DNA from: an uncultured Methanosarcinales archaeon
GTDB lineage: Archaea > Nanobdellota > Nanobdellia > Woesearchaeales > CALCXY01
Direction: 5' to 3'
Length of the DNA: 33,744 nucleotides
Assembly: GCA_964385185.1 (NCBI GenBank)
Contig: CAYLOA010000013.1
Span: forward strand, 1-33,744
Part shown: piece after piece, positions 8,541 through 22,100 of the stretch
Position numbering within the stretch: position 1 is the stretch's first letter
How the letters are laid out: every line of letters begins with the position of its first letter
Program-made: the position numbers and the translations under genes
Notes under the pieces: model-generated
The model's input: the letters and a program-made list of their open reading frames with translations, nothing else
What the model was told of the DNA's origin: nothing
The model's database searches: none

Positions 8541-9628
8541 TAGTACATGCCCTCACAACTTGAGACTGTTTGAAGGGCTTCATTTTTTCTATTTAATCCT
8601 GCACCTCCATAGGCTGCATTGTTCAAATCTATGAAATCTTGTTTATCTCCCTCTTTGAGACCGTCAGAGAGTATATCTGTAACGGTCTGGTCCATATCAT
8701 CTAAAATTTGGAGTGATTCATCATAGGGCGTTTGACAACTTAGAAATGAAGCTAATAATCCCTCTGTTCTTTCTTTGTAAACATCCGTTACAAACTGCAT
8801 CTTATGGAGGATTCTTTCTGTCCCGCATCGATACATTTCAGGATTCTCTGCAAAAATAGCAGCATATAATAATGATTTTTCAAGAAACGGTAGCGTTGTA
8901 GGATCTGTACTCCAGGAGTTGCCCTCTTTTTGATAGAATGAAATTAATCTATCATTGGGAGATATTTTAATAGCTGTTACAAATGCGTCACCCATTGATT
9001 GAAGATTTTTTGGAATTTCCCTGCTCAGATCGAATCCATCAAATCCGATTATTTTTACTTTGTAATTATTCAAATCTTGTATATTAGGTAGATCATTTTT
9101 AGCAACTAACTCTTTGTTGAACACTAATTCTTCTGAATCGTCAATTTTCATCAATCTTGGAGGGAGTTCAGCAAAAATGTCTGAGACCAAATCTTCATTG
9201 TTAGCATCTTCCAAAATAATGTATCGCACTTCAGGAGAGGTAATTAAAACCATATTGGATACTCTGTACGGCATGCTCCAGTCATTCGTCCATGCTAGCA
9301 TTCTAATGCCTTTTACCAAATCAGGGGCAAACATGACTTTATCACCATAGGGCACTTGGGTATCTGAAAGTGAATAGGTGCAAGAGCATGTTTCTGTGCA
9401 TCTAAATCCTAGGTTGAGATTTGGAACATTTATGACTTGGATGGTTCCTCGTGAGACTTCAGCACCTGTTGAGATGGCATCGATATCATTCAATACTGTG
9501 GCTGCAATTTTGCTTCTTGAAAACTTGGTTTGAGTGTTAATTACATTAGCAAAAAAGACTAAAATAAGAGCGCCTGCTATTAAGACAAAAATCCAATTAA
9601 ATTGCATAGAAATTTGAGCTTTTTTCAT
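8540..9628 (-). CDS. Class III signal peptide (pilin-like) protein, about 362 aa
   Basis: MKKA/QISMQFNWIFVLIAGALILVFF. ATG at 9628 lies 1 nt after the upstream stop and is preferred over GTG 9646. Confidence 0.82.
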   Translation of the reverse strand: MKKAQISMQFNWIFVLIAGALILVFFANVINTQTKFSRSKIAATVLNDIDAISTGAEVSRGTIQVINVPNLNLGFRCTETCSCTYSLSDTQVPYGDKVMFAPDLVKGIRMLAWTNDWSMPYRVSNMVLITSPEVRYIILEDANNEDLVSDIFAELPPRLMKIDDSEELVFNKELVAKNDLPNIQDLNNYKVKIIGFDGFDLSREIPKNLQSMGDAFVTAIKISPNDRLISFYQKEGNSWSTDPTTLPFLEKSLLYAAIFAENPEMYRCGTERILHKMQFVTDVYKERTEGLLASFLSCQTPYDESLQILDDMDQTVTDILSDGLKEGDKQDFIDLNNAAYGGAGLNRKNEALQTVSSCEGMY

Positions 9629-9629
9629 C

Positions 9630-10157
9630 CTAAGATGGCCACTCACTTATTCGTGTTCTGTCTCCTGCCCCTTCTAGTCTTAATTTTGCTTTGCCGTCTG
9701 ATGTCGGTATGCAGAGGAATCCATCAGATCCTAGGTCAATATTACCTACATCTATGGTCACTTCAGCTCCTGGGATGAGAAATACATTATTCTGTGTTCC
9801 TGTGGTCCAAAAATTACAAATTAAGGCATTGTAGTCATCAGATGTGTCGTCGCAGATTGCTGTCTGCGCAGGAGTTAAACCTGCATGGTCTTGGACATCT
9901 AAGTCTATAAAACATATTTCTTTGAATTTTGAAGGGACGGTAATAACTTTTTGTTTCACATCTTGAGATGAAGCGGTAGACTTTATGGATGTCTTTAGGT
10001 CTGTTCGTAATTCAATTTCTGCTACTTGATCTGCTCGGTTAATGAAATCTCCAATTGCTCGGTATCCATAGAGGAGGACGAGAGAGAATATGATTGCTGC
10101 CATGACATAGATGAATATCTGTCCCATGATTTGTCCTTTTTTGTATTTTTTTACCAT
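9630..10157 (-). CDS. Class III signal peptide (pilin-like) protein
   Basis: MVKKYKKG/QIMGQIFIYVMAAIIFSLVLLYGY; 7-bp overlap with the end of the giant gene. Confidence 0.82.
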   Translation of the reverse strand: MVKKYKKGQIMGQIFIYVMAAIIFSLVLLYGYRAIGDFINRADQVAEIELRTDLKTSIKSTASSQDVKQKVITVPSKFKEICFIDLDVQDHAGLTPAQTAICDDTSDDYNALICNFWTTGTQNNVFLIPGAEVTIDVGNIDLGSDGFLCIPTSDGKAKLRLEGAGDRTRISEWPS

Positions 10158-13100
10158 TTTTTTCGTGCTCTCGCTGCTGTTTGCTTTGAGATAATTTTAT
10201 TCTTAACGAGTCTGTCTAAAGATTTTTTAGCATTTGCTTTTGAAATCTTTTTTGATTGGACCGCATGGTGGATAATATCAGTATGTGTTGTCTTTTTGGT
10301 ATGAGGCGCCATACTTTCTAGGGATGATGATAATTTAGATGCTGATAGGGTAGACGATCTACCAATCTTTCTAAGTTCATCGATTACAGTAGGGTGATCT
10401 GATCCTATGTGCTTCTTTATCTTTGGAGATACCTTATCTGCAGATTCCCATCGTGTTAATCCATCTAATCTCGAAAAGACATCAGATAATTTATGTGTTT
10501 TTGGTGCCTTAATTGGAATCCAACCTTTACCGTCATCAGGAGTGGATGATTTTGGAGGGAGGCCAAAGAAATTGGAAGGTGCTTTAGACCTTTCTTTCAT
10601 ATATTGAGCCCTTCTTGCACGCATTTGTTGTGCTAACGTATCCAGCATCTGGGTGCCACGTGTAGGTGATTTTGGAGCGGGTTTGGCTATTGGAGCCATC
10701 TTCTTCATCGGTTTCTTTGGAGGGAGAGGTTTAGGTCCTGATCCTTTATTTTTATTGTAATAATAGTAAGCAGCATATCCTCCTCCGCCTAGTATTAACA
10801 GTATAAGGATTACCATTATAATGGTGAAGAATGAACTCGGATGGGAATCTGGATCAGTAGGGTCTGTTCCTTCATCGATTTCTACTTTGTCATCGTATCC
10901 ATCATCATCTGTATCGGGTAATCTTGGATTGGTATCTTCTCTAAACTCATTGAGGTTGGTAAGACCATCTTCATCAAGGTCTTGAGAAGCGTCTGATGAA
11001 TCTAGAGGGTCTAGATTGTGTCTTATCTCGAAATCATCATTCATACTGTCATTATCGTCATCAAGGTCACATGCATCTCCTTCTTTATCTCCATCTGTGT
11101 CTTGTTGGTCATTGTTAGCATCATCCGGACAGTTATCCACATTATTTAGGACGTCATCTCCATCTCTATCTAGGTCCTCTTCTGCTGAACACAGTCCTTG
11201 AATGCAGGAGAATCGTGTTTTACAATCATCTTCTGCGTTACATTTTAGGTTTACATCACATTTCAGTGCACATGATTTTCCACAATCGATGTCTGTCTCT
11301 GTTCCTGGGTCAAACTTTCTATTGAAACAGGTGCCTGTCTCTACACAGATTCCTGCTGAATTTGAACATTCAGTTGATTTACAGTCTGCATTTGCATGAC
11401 AATCTTCTCCTAGATCACATTTATTACAGTTTCCACCACAATCTACATCTGTTTCTTGGCCATTTTCAATTCTGTCATCACATGATGAAGCCCTACAGAT
11501 ATTTGCAACACAAGAGTGGGATGAACAATCATCTGCATCATCACAGGTTCTTCCTGTTGAGCATAATCTGCACGATCCTCCGCAATCTGTGTCGGTCTCA
11601 TCTCCGTCCCTAATATTATTATTGCATGAAACTGAGTTGGTTAGTAGGTTTATTGAAAATCCGTCTGTATCCTTTGGTTGAGAGGATAAGTCAGCTGTAT
11701 TTTTTGCTCTCACGGAGAGTCTATAGTCTTTTGACTCATTAAGATCTACTCCTGTGACAAATCCTCTGAATTCTCCAAAGAAAGATCCATTTGAAGATTG
11801 TTCAGCTGATCTTGTTGTGTTTAGGACCACTACTGACCCAAATTTCTCTTTGACTACGATTTCGAATTCATTCACAGCTGATTCATCATCCTTTGCCTCG
11901 ACATCTACAAATACTTTTTCGGTGAATGGGGATACTTCTGAGTTGGATGATGAGGCGTTTGGTATTTTATCAGATAGCCGAGTAATTCTTGGAGCTGTTG
12001 AATCTATAATAAAGGTTAATGATCTTGAAGTCTCCTCTCCTGAAAAAGCACAGGATATTGAGAATGTGTGTGCCCCTGAGTCTGTATCTGGTAGCGTTGC
12101 AGTATGATGCAATCCATCTCTCAACATTCCTGAGAATGGTAGGGATGCATTTGTGTAGAAACACTCAGCCCCTTTATTTGTGGTTACATTAAGTACAGGA
12201 GGGGGTGTTGTAATTACAGGAGGGGTGTTAATCCTTGTGATTTGGAGTGGAATCTCAAGATCGAAGTTTACCGGAACAGATGTATTCAACTTTGAGATGA
12301 GTTCTGCTTTGTTTCTACATCTAATATTGAATGTGTGTAGTTTTGTAGCTAAGTCCACGAATGGAGTTGCTACTTCATGATCATTCTTGAAGGAAGATTC
12401 TACTATTAAGAGATCTTCTAGACTTCCAGAGGTAATTTCGGTAGCGTTTATGGTGAAATCGTCTTCAAACTGTTGCAGGTTTATAGCATTTACACCATTA
12501 AAGATATGTCTCATCTCATCAAACTCTGCAAATTCTTCATCAAACTTACAAATTGTTTTGTCGTCTGTGGTGAGTGATAAGGTTGTTCTCTCAGGAGGTT
12601 CTACGACTGGATTTGGTGTAGCTTTCAAGTTGGAAATTCTTGGAGTAGAGAGATCAACGGTGAGTGGGAAAGAAGCCCCTTCAACTTTGTCTGTTTCTGC
12701 GTCAATACATTTGACAAATAGTGTGGCTGTTGTTTGGACGAAGAGATCTCTTATAGTATGTGTGGATCTTCCTGTTGTATTGAATTTTTTCATATTTGCC
12801 AATTGGACATTCTTAGTTGAGAATGAACACTCGGAGGATCTGGAAGTGACCATGGTTACGTTCAATTTGTTTACGGATGAGAAACCGTAAGATGGCTCTG
12901 TTAAGACGAATTGGAGATCTGAGAAGAATACTGCAAATCGGAATTCTTGTTCGTTAAATTTATTGCCAATAAGATCTGTTGCGTTTATTGAAAATGTATA
13001 TGTGGACTCTTTAAGTTTTGCAAATGGACGATAATTAAATTCTTTATTGTCTAGAGATGCATTAAATAAGGTTACTTGGATAGGTTCATTTGTTGTTTCA

Positions 13101-16100
13101 TCGATTAGGATTGGTTTTAATGAGGTAGGTTCAACAGGTTCGTTAAATTGAAGTCTCAATAATGGTCTAGAGTCTTCTACAACGGATAGATCTCCTCCTG
13201 TTATATCTAGTACGACATCTTGTAGCAATTCTGATAGTGGGGAGGCATCGATAGATCGTGCAGTAATTGTTGCAACTGGGCCAATAGAGTCTAAGATGAT
13301 ATTCCCTTCTGCTTTTCCTTCTTTTCCAAGGTCATTAATTGCTGTAATGTTTATGAGATTATCACCTTCAAATAAATTTAGGAAATCGAATGAAAATGAA
13401 TAGATGTTTGGATTTCCGGATGTTTCTAGCTTGACACTTGTGGTTTGGTCATTAATTGATATGGTGTCTTGGAGTACTGCTTTTGTTGTAATTATTCCTT
13501 CAATAGTTATTGGAGATGCGTCAACCACTGCATTTGCAAAAGGAGTTGGGGAAGTTACAATGATTACTGGCGTGGTAGTGTCAATAGTAAATTTATTTGC
13601 TACTGGTGTTGATCTTCCTTGGGTATCTACACCATTCAGATGGATTGTGTAATTTCCATCAACTCTTAGTGGAGTGAATAATGTGAGTGTGATTAGTCCT
13701 CTTGCAGCATCTGAGGTTGTTGTTGAGGGAATTACTCCATTTGGTCCAGTGATATGGAGGGAAGAGGCGATGAAGTCAATTCCTACATCTGATGTCAGTA
13801 TTCCTTGTGCCGTCCTAATTTCTCCTAGTATACTATTCTTTCTTGGATTGTTAATTTCAGCAAATGGCCCATCTGAAGAGAAGAAAATATCATGAGATGA
13901 GCTGTTTACATTTCCTGCTAGGTCTGTTGCTCTAATTTCTACTGCATTTGGTCCTCTACTGAGAGGGACATTTTCTATTGCATAGGAACCGTTTGATGTG
14001 GTTGCATTTGATTGAAATCCATTTACGAATATTTGTATGGATGTATTTTCCTCAGCAGATCCAGCCATTAAGATGGATGAGTTAATGACTGTTCTGTTAC
14101 TTGGAATGTCTAATGTAGGTTGAGGAGTGATGTAATCTGCTTTGAATTCGATTGTGATGGTTCCTTTTTGCAGATTTTGCCCTTTGTCCTCACAACTTAT
14201 TTCGAATTTGTAGTTTGTTCCATCTATTAAGAGACCTGAATCGGTATCAATTGTAGAAATTCTATGTCTGAATTCTCCTAGTTCTTGGGTTGAGGACATT
14301 ACTTGTTGCTGTACGCCCCCTCCAATGAAATCTGCTTTACATTCTGTGTCGAGTGAGTAGGTGGTTACTTCTAATAGTTCAGCAAAGTCATTATCTGAAT
14401 TATTTCTGAAGAACGTATTTGGTGCAATTTGTTGGATAACTACTGGGAAGTTTGGATTTATAGTAAGTTTAATATCCTTTATTTCTGATAACTTTCCAGC
14501 TTTGTCTTCACACTGGACACTCTTGCTGATTATTCCTACGCCTGATGTAAATGATTCTGTTAAGAGTTTTTGGCTGAAGTTTAAGTCATCAAACCCTAAT
14601 GTTTTTTGGTTTAGAGTTAATGGTGAATCTCCAAATCTACATCTCACTCCACCAGAATTATCGGATGCTTTGATGTCTAAGGTGATTGTTGCGATGTCTT
14701 GTTGATCCACCTTAAAGACTAAGAAGTGATCTTCCTCTAAGAATATTCCATCCACCGGTCTTATGTCTGTGATAATTGGGATATCATCTGGAGCTGCTCT
14801 TTCAATGAACATATTGATGAGTTTTTGTTCTCCTACATTTCCTAATGCATCTTTACATTCAATAGTGATTGGGTTGGATCCTAAGTTTAGCTGGAAGTCT
14901 GGAGTGTGTGAAAACTCTGTTTGTGAAGTTGAGGACATTCTTTCTGTTGATGGCGTTTGTCCTGGGATGTAACTTAATGTGCACTCTGTGGCAGCTTCAT
15001 CCGTTCTCAATGTGAAGGTTGGTCTTCTTTGGATGGATGCGTTTGTTAATTGGGATGTCATCTCTATTGTTGGTCCTTTGGTATCACTGATTACTATGAC
15101 TGAGAAATTATTGAGATTTCCTGCATTATCTAGAATTTCTAACAGTAGATTGTTGGTTACTTCTTGTCCTCGTTGTTCGTTTATGTTTATATTTGAGAGT
15201 GTGAATGTTCTTATGATGTCGTTAATAGTTGCGTCTGTGCTTCCAAGAGTAATTTTCTGAATTGGGTTTTCTGAATAGGTTCCTGAAATATTCACTACCT
15301 TACTATTCGTTCTGAATTGGAGTAGTTCTTGAAGTGCAGGAGTTACTGAAGCAGAGGTTATATCAGCCCCTACTGTGTCTCGTGTGAATACTTGTGTTGA
15401 AACGTTTGTATTTCTTGCACCATCAAAGGCTGTAACAAGAATAGTATTTTGACCTTCTGTTAGGTTAATTGGGATTCTCAATCCATTATTTGATTCTATG
15501 CCATTTCCATCTGGAATCGGGACACTTACTGGATCTTTGCCACCTGTTACTAATAATCTGGCCATATGTTCATCTGAGAATGAAACGAGTAGTGTGACAA
15601 GTTCAGTGTTTGTGGTGTCGGTTGCAGTTTCATCAAGACCAATAATTTCTACTTTTGGATTGGTTGTGTCTACTATGAAGTTTAGGGTTCGGACGTCTGG
15701 AGATGAACCTGTTGTTCTTTCAACAATGAGGTCTAGGGCATTTGTTCCTTCTTGGACTTTATCGAGTAGAGTTGTCGTGTGGGAGAATATTCTATTGTTT
15801 GTTGTTGTGAAAATGATTGGATTTCTGTTTAACTCAGCTTTTGTGATGGTCACTTCTTCTGCATATTCAAATGTGATAGTAGGTAAGGCTGTTGGTATTT
15901 GTTCTAGATGGATCGGGGCTGATGATAGGAAAGTTGGAGTAGAGGTATCAACAAAGAACGTGTGATGAGTCGCATGCGTATTCCCTGGAAGGTCTTGGAT
16001 CACTAATGTGATGGTGTGGAGAGTATTATCTGATAGTGGGGTGGTGAGTACTTGACTGACATCAATTGATTTTTGACCGTTGAGTAGTCGAGTTACCAGG

Positions 16101-19100
16101 AATGTATCGTCTATAATTAAAGTTACATTGGCAACACCGGATGAATCTGTTAAGGTGAATGAAATAGTAGGAGTCAGGCTATTTGTTAATAATTGAGGTG
16201 TTACTAATGATACTGATGGAGGTGTGGTGTCTAATGTGACGATGTTTGATACGGTGTTTGTATTGGTTGCAGTATCTGTTGCGGAGGCTTCTAGAGTGGT
16301 TTGACCTTCTTGAATAAATGAGATCGGAATTGTTGATTCTATGGTGCCCAAAAGGTCTTGAGCAGCTGTAGGGACATTGTCTATTAGGATGCTTCCTTTT
16401 GTATCTGTATCTGATTCAACAATTACATTTGAAATTCTTTGGGAGAGGATGGCTTGAGCTTGAGGTTGTTTAATTTCTATTGATGGGGAGTTTGTATTTC
16501 TGACAATAGGGATTGTTTCTGTTGTTACTTGGCCTGATTTGTCTGTTATACTTACTGTTAGTGTAAATGTTTGGTCTCCGCCTGATAATGGTGTTTGTAA
16601 AAGATAGGTATTATCAATAATTGGAAGCGTACCTTGAGAGCTGATTGCTCCTGAAGATGTTCTGAGTGCGAAGGTTACTGATTTTGGATTGTCTTCGACG
16701 AATGTTCCTAATACATCGATAGTGTTTGTATTGGTAGGACTTTGAATCTGTGTAGTTTGGAGTGATGGAGGGATAAGATCTGTTGTGAACGTTTTTGTTC
16801 TTGTTGCCTTTTTGATTGTCTCTTTTGTTGCTGAAATTTGGAGCGTGTATGTCGTGGCATGATCTAGGGCAATCTCTGGGTAGAATACAAAGGTGTCTCC
16901 TGTTGGGGGTATGATGGTGATAAGAGGGATTGGGCCTGTTCCTGAAGTTAATGTGGCTGATACTTGTTCCCCTTCTGGAATAGAAGCAGTAATGAATGGC
17001 TGTTTGGTGAATACATATGCAGATAGATCTTCTAATAAGTTGATTTCTGGTACGTCTGCTTGAGTAAAACTGAATGAATGGGTAGAAGATAATCCATGGA
17101 TATCGGTAAGTAGTGTTTCTACGGAAATGGATCTTGGTGTTGTATCAATAAGTGCCTTTATGGTTTGTGCCCCTTTATCTGTTGTAAATTGAACAGGGAG
17201 TCCATTTACTTTTACAGAAGAAGCTCCTGGATTGAGATCAGATAGATCTTCAAAGCCAATTTCTATTTCTGATGTGGAGACGGTATCTCCTTCTTCAGGG
17301 GATGTAAGGATAACTCTTGGTGCTGATGAGTCCACTAATGTGGTGAATCTTTTAGTAACTTCTCCTGCGGAAACAGTGATTAAGTTGTTTTGATTGCTTT
17401 GCATTCCTTGCGCAGGTCCTGCATTTAGGGTGAATTCTCCTCTTACGTCTGAAGTGACAGAGTTTACTTGGTTATTGATTGTAATGGTGACTTCAGTTCT
17501 TGGAGATGTTGTTCCTGTAATTGTAATCGGGAGTGATGAAGCCGTTGGGACTGTGTTGACGGTTAATTCGATGTCCTCAGAGGGTTCAGGAAGTTCAAGG
17601 GTAAATTGTTCACTATGTCCAGCCTGATCTTGCATGGTAAGAGTTGGATTTAATGAAGTAGTTGTTGCCGTGAATCTTCCTTTATCAACTTGTGTATGTG
17701 ATAAGAACTTGTCAACTGAGATAGATGCAGGGAATGCGTCAGAGGCAATTCCTCGTATTTCAGTATACTGAGATTTAGGAGTTATGGATGTTGTGTCGAA
17801 TATGGGTGAAAGAGTATCTACTCCGAATATGAACGTTCTTCTCGTTGTTCCTAACGATGTGGTTGCTTCAATTGTAATTGTGTGGGAAACTTGATCAGCT
17901 AATGGGGGGAGTTGGATTGAAAATATTCTGTTATCTTCTGTTGTTATACTTGATGAAGGGATTTGGATGGTATCAAGTTCACTATTGATTGCATCTATTC
18001 TTTCATTGAATAATAGATCTAACTTTTGGGTTGAATCGTTGACTACTGTGAATGTCTCTAGAGGGATGCTGTTTAATGAGGTTGAGATCAGGGTTGGAGC
18101 GTCAGATTCTATTGTGAATGTCCTTGAAGTGGTGATTTCTTGACCTAGCGAATCTACCGCTGAGACTGATAAGGTATGCACACCGTCTGTTTCCGTAAGT
18201 AATGCTACTGTATTTGTTCGGATACCTGAAATTGTTGGTGTTTTTCCTGTTTGAGTTGATTGGAGTGATCCGTCTACTCTAATTTCTATGGATGATACAT
18301 CAATATCTGAATCATCCTCTAGAATTATATGGATCGGGATGGAGCCTTGTGAAAATTGCTCATTTACGTTTGGAGTGATTGCGATTATTCTTGGAGGTGA
18401 AAGATCTATTGTAAATGACTTTGAGATTGATGGGAGAGATTCTAGATTGGCAAGGAAATCAACAGTTGTGACGAATAAGGTATAGTGTCCCTCAGGCATT
18501 CCTTCTAGTTCTTGGTTGAATTTACCATTGGATTGAGTGTTTGCTGTGGTGAGCAGTACTGGAGGGAGTCCTGGCTGAGCTATGTATATTCTGACTATGG
18601 ATTGTGGTTCTGATTGTCCTGTAATTATTACGTCTTCTTCATCCACTTGTACGTTTATTGCTGTTGGAGTATCTGATTCTTTGTCAACTGTAATAGTTTG
18701 TGTAGATGTTGCTGTTGAGGGACCATTTTCTAAGATATCGAATGCATCTGCAGTTATTGTAATTTGTTGGTTATGTGTGTATGGCTCTAATGATAGGGTT
18801 GTTGAGAATGTTCCTGCATCTACTTTAGTGATTGCAGCTGGATTTTGGTTTACTAATATTCTTACGAACTCAGCGTCTGCAAAGCCTGTAACGGATAGTT
18901 GGGAGTTTGCTGTTGCAGGTAAGGTATTGAGGGTTGGAGTTGGAGGGGGTGTTGTATCTACATTTACAGAGACGGTAAAAGTTGCTTTATTTATTCCAGA
19001 ACGACATTCTACGTCAATAGTGTCTATTCCTTCAGATAGTGGGGTGGAAAGTGGTAATTTATAGATATTAAAGAGTCTATTTCCTTCCAAAGATTGTTGG

Positions 19101-22100
19101 ACGGTGGTGGAGGATTGTCTGTTTAATGCTGAAAGTGAAAACTGGCAAGATTCTACACCGTTGATAAAGGATTTTTTGTTTGTTTTTGCGAACAATGTTG
19201 GAAGTGTATCTGCAGTGGTGAACACATTGCTTTGTTTCAAGGTAATCTTGTTGTTTTGTGTGATAATACCTGCATCTGCAATTTCTATTGGAAAGTCTAC
19301 ATCAATTTGGTTTTGTAAGACAAACCCTTGACCGGATGAGGCCGTTTTTGATGTTTTATCTACACAATCTATGTATATGTGGAAGACTCCATTGAATCCA
19401 AAGTCATGGTCTATGGAATGCACCCTTGAGAATGTTTCTCCTGATGAAAACTCTAAGCTTGAGAATGGGATGGTTGGTGGGGAAGGCTCTTGTAATGTTG
19501 AAAATCTACAGATGGAATCTAGATTTGTTTGTATATTAATTGTGTTTGTAGTGGTGTCTGTTACGATTGTTCCTTTTCCAAGTGATGATGCTTCTATAAT
19601 CAGTGGACGAGAGTCTATTAAAAGGTCATTTCTTGTTACTTTCTCTTGATCATAATCATTGGTACATTTTACAAAGTATTCTACTGTTTTTACCGTATTA
19701 TCAAACGCATCTCCTAGATTGTAGATTACTTGATGTAATGTTTTTGCTGCATTTTGAGGACTGAATGAGCCAATTGAATTTCCTTCTCTGAATTGGTGGA
19801 GTGTACAGACGGAAGGTTGACTCGTTTGGATTTGGATGGTCGTTAATTGTGTGCTTGTTCCACCAAACTCTGGCTGGATGATTTCGATTTGAGGTCCTTC
19901 TTTGATGACAGTTATATTTTTATCGGTGATTCCTAGGTTTCCCGCTTGATCTTGTACTTCACATCGGAAGGTAATATTTGTATTTTTATTTCCTATTTGC
20001 GAAGCTAAGTTAATCGGTTGTGAGTTGATTTCCAAGAATCCTTGGCTGTTTACTGAAGATAATATTCTTTGATTTTGTGTGCAACCGGCATCTTGGTCTG
20101 TACAGGAGCAGGATAACTGGAAGATATCTTCATTTGTGAATTTATCTGCAATAAGTGGAGGTGCTTGGATTATTATTTGAGCACTTGGAGGGGTTAAATC
20201 AACGAATACTGATGTTGTTTGCGTGATTGAGTTTTTGGCTTGATCTATGGCTTTTACTTCAATCTGTCTTTCTCCTTCACTTGATGCAAGAATTCCTAGT
20301 GGAATTGATGCTACCAATGTTCCTGAACGTCTCTCTGGTGTTAATGTGAATGGTATAGGTGTAGTGTTCGTAATATCAATTCCAGTTACTTCTGCTGAAA
20401 CGAGGTTGTCTTCTGAAATATTTACTTCTAAGATAATTGTATCTTGGGAGATTGCTGGAGAGGATGAGAGGTTAATTTTTGGAGGGGTTGCATCTATTAC
20501 GAATGTGTGTTCAGGGAAAACTCCTTCTAATGATTGTGAGATGACTCCTCCTACATTTGAGATGATTTTAGCTGCTGTTATTGCAACTGTGTATGAACCA
20601 TCCGGTAGAGTAGAAGGGGTGGAGGCTGTAAAGACATGTGGTGCTAATGATGAGGTGAATGGAAGGAGATCTAATGCAAGGTTAGTTCCTGTTAGAGTGA
20701 CTGATGTTAGGTTGATAATTTCTCCTGTAGTGAATTCAATGAGTAATTCTGGATTAGGAGATCTGATAAATCCTTTTGGAGAGATCGTTGGTGTGGAAGG
20801 TACGTCTACATCTATAGTAAAAGACCAATCAAATTCATTAAAATTGTTTGCTTCATCGGTGGCGTTTACCTTGATATTGTATACCCCTTCTGGTAAACCT
20901 TCTTGGACGTTGATGTTGTGTATTAACAGAACTCCCGATTGAGTAGGTTGTTGGTTAGGAATAACTACTACGCCATCAATATCCATAAATGTAGAGACAA
21001 TTGGAGACTTGTTTTGTACTTCTACTACTATGATTGAATTGTTCTCTGAGATAATGGATTTATCTCTTGGGATTTCATTAAAGAAAAATGGTGGATTTTG
21101 TTCTAGAACAATGATGTGTGGATCTGAAAATCTTCCTAGGTTTCCAAGTTCATCTTCAGAAGCTGCAAAGAAAGCATTTACTCCATCCTCTAAAGTTACG
21201 GTTGTGCCAAAGAAACCTGGAGGTTCTGCGGTATTCATTACAAAAATAGGAAGGCCTTGTAGAGTAGGATCATCTTCAAATGGAGGGGATATGGTGACTC
21301 GCTTAATAGCGTTTGATAATACTTGTACTCCGACAATCTCATAATTTTTTCCAGAGAATCTTCTTGGTTGTGTAAAGGTCATAAATCTATCTGGAGAGAT
21401 TGATGAAGATGGTCTGTCAAACGTGTTGAAAGGATCTCGGATGGTGAAGATATCCGTTTTTAGGGAGAGTAATATTTCTTCTCCTCGTAGATTTTGGCCA
21501 TCGTCGTCCATAAAGGGTTTAAAGTATGATGGGGGGGTCGTGGTTCGTAGAGGGATTACTTTTGCTGAGATAAATTCATCAATCGATGTTCCTAGAGCTT
21601 GCCTTAATTGGATACCTACATCTGGTTTTTGTTCAAAGTCAACTCCTGAGACAAAAAAGGAGGGGATATTTGTGAATTGGAGTTGGTCTGTTAATGTAAA
21701 GAATGTTGGTGGAATTTTTGGTCCAATTGTGTCAATTACTATTGCTCGACCATTTGCGATTACATTTGAATCTACATTATTTTGATCTTTGGAACTTATG
21801 GTAAACGTTGCAGTAGCTTTGTCTAAGTTGGTAAAGAATCCTGTGCCCGGAATAGTTAATGTGGCTGTGAATCTTTGTTTGTTGGAATCTGTTTGAGTCG
21901 TTTGTAGAGGAACTGTTCTCGTTATTCCTGTTACATCTAGGAAGGTAAGAGCGAATGCTTGTATACTGCTCATAGGTTCAGATGTATTTATTTTAACGGT
22001 GTATTGCTTGACACCTCCTCCTGGATGGATGAGGGTGACTGCGTCAATACCATCATGTACAGAGATATTAATTTCTGCAGGGATGGTATCTGAGATGGTA

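Noticed and set aside
9629..9646. GTG start at 9646
   Set aside because: ATG 9628 directly follows the upstream stop and gives a canonical MKKAQ leader
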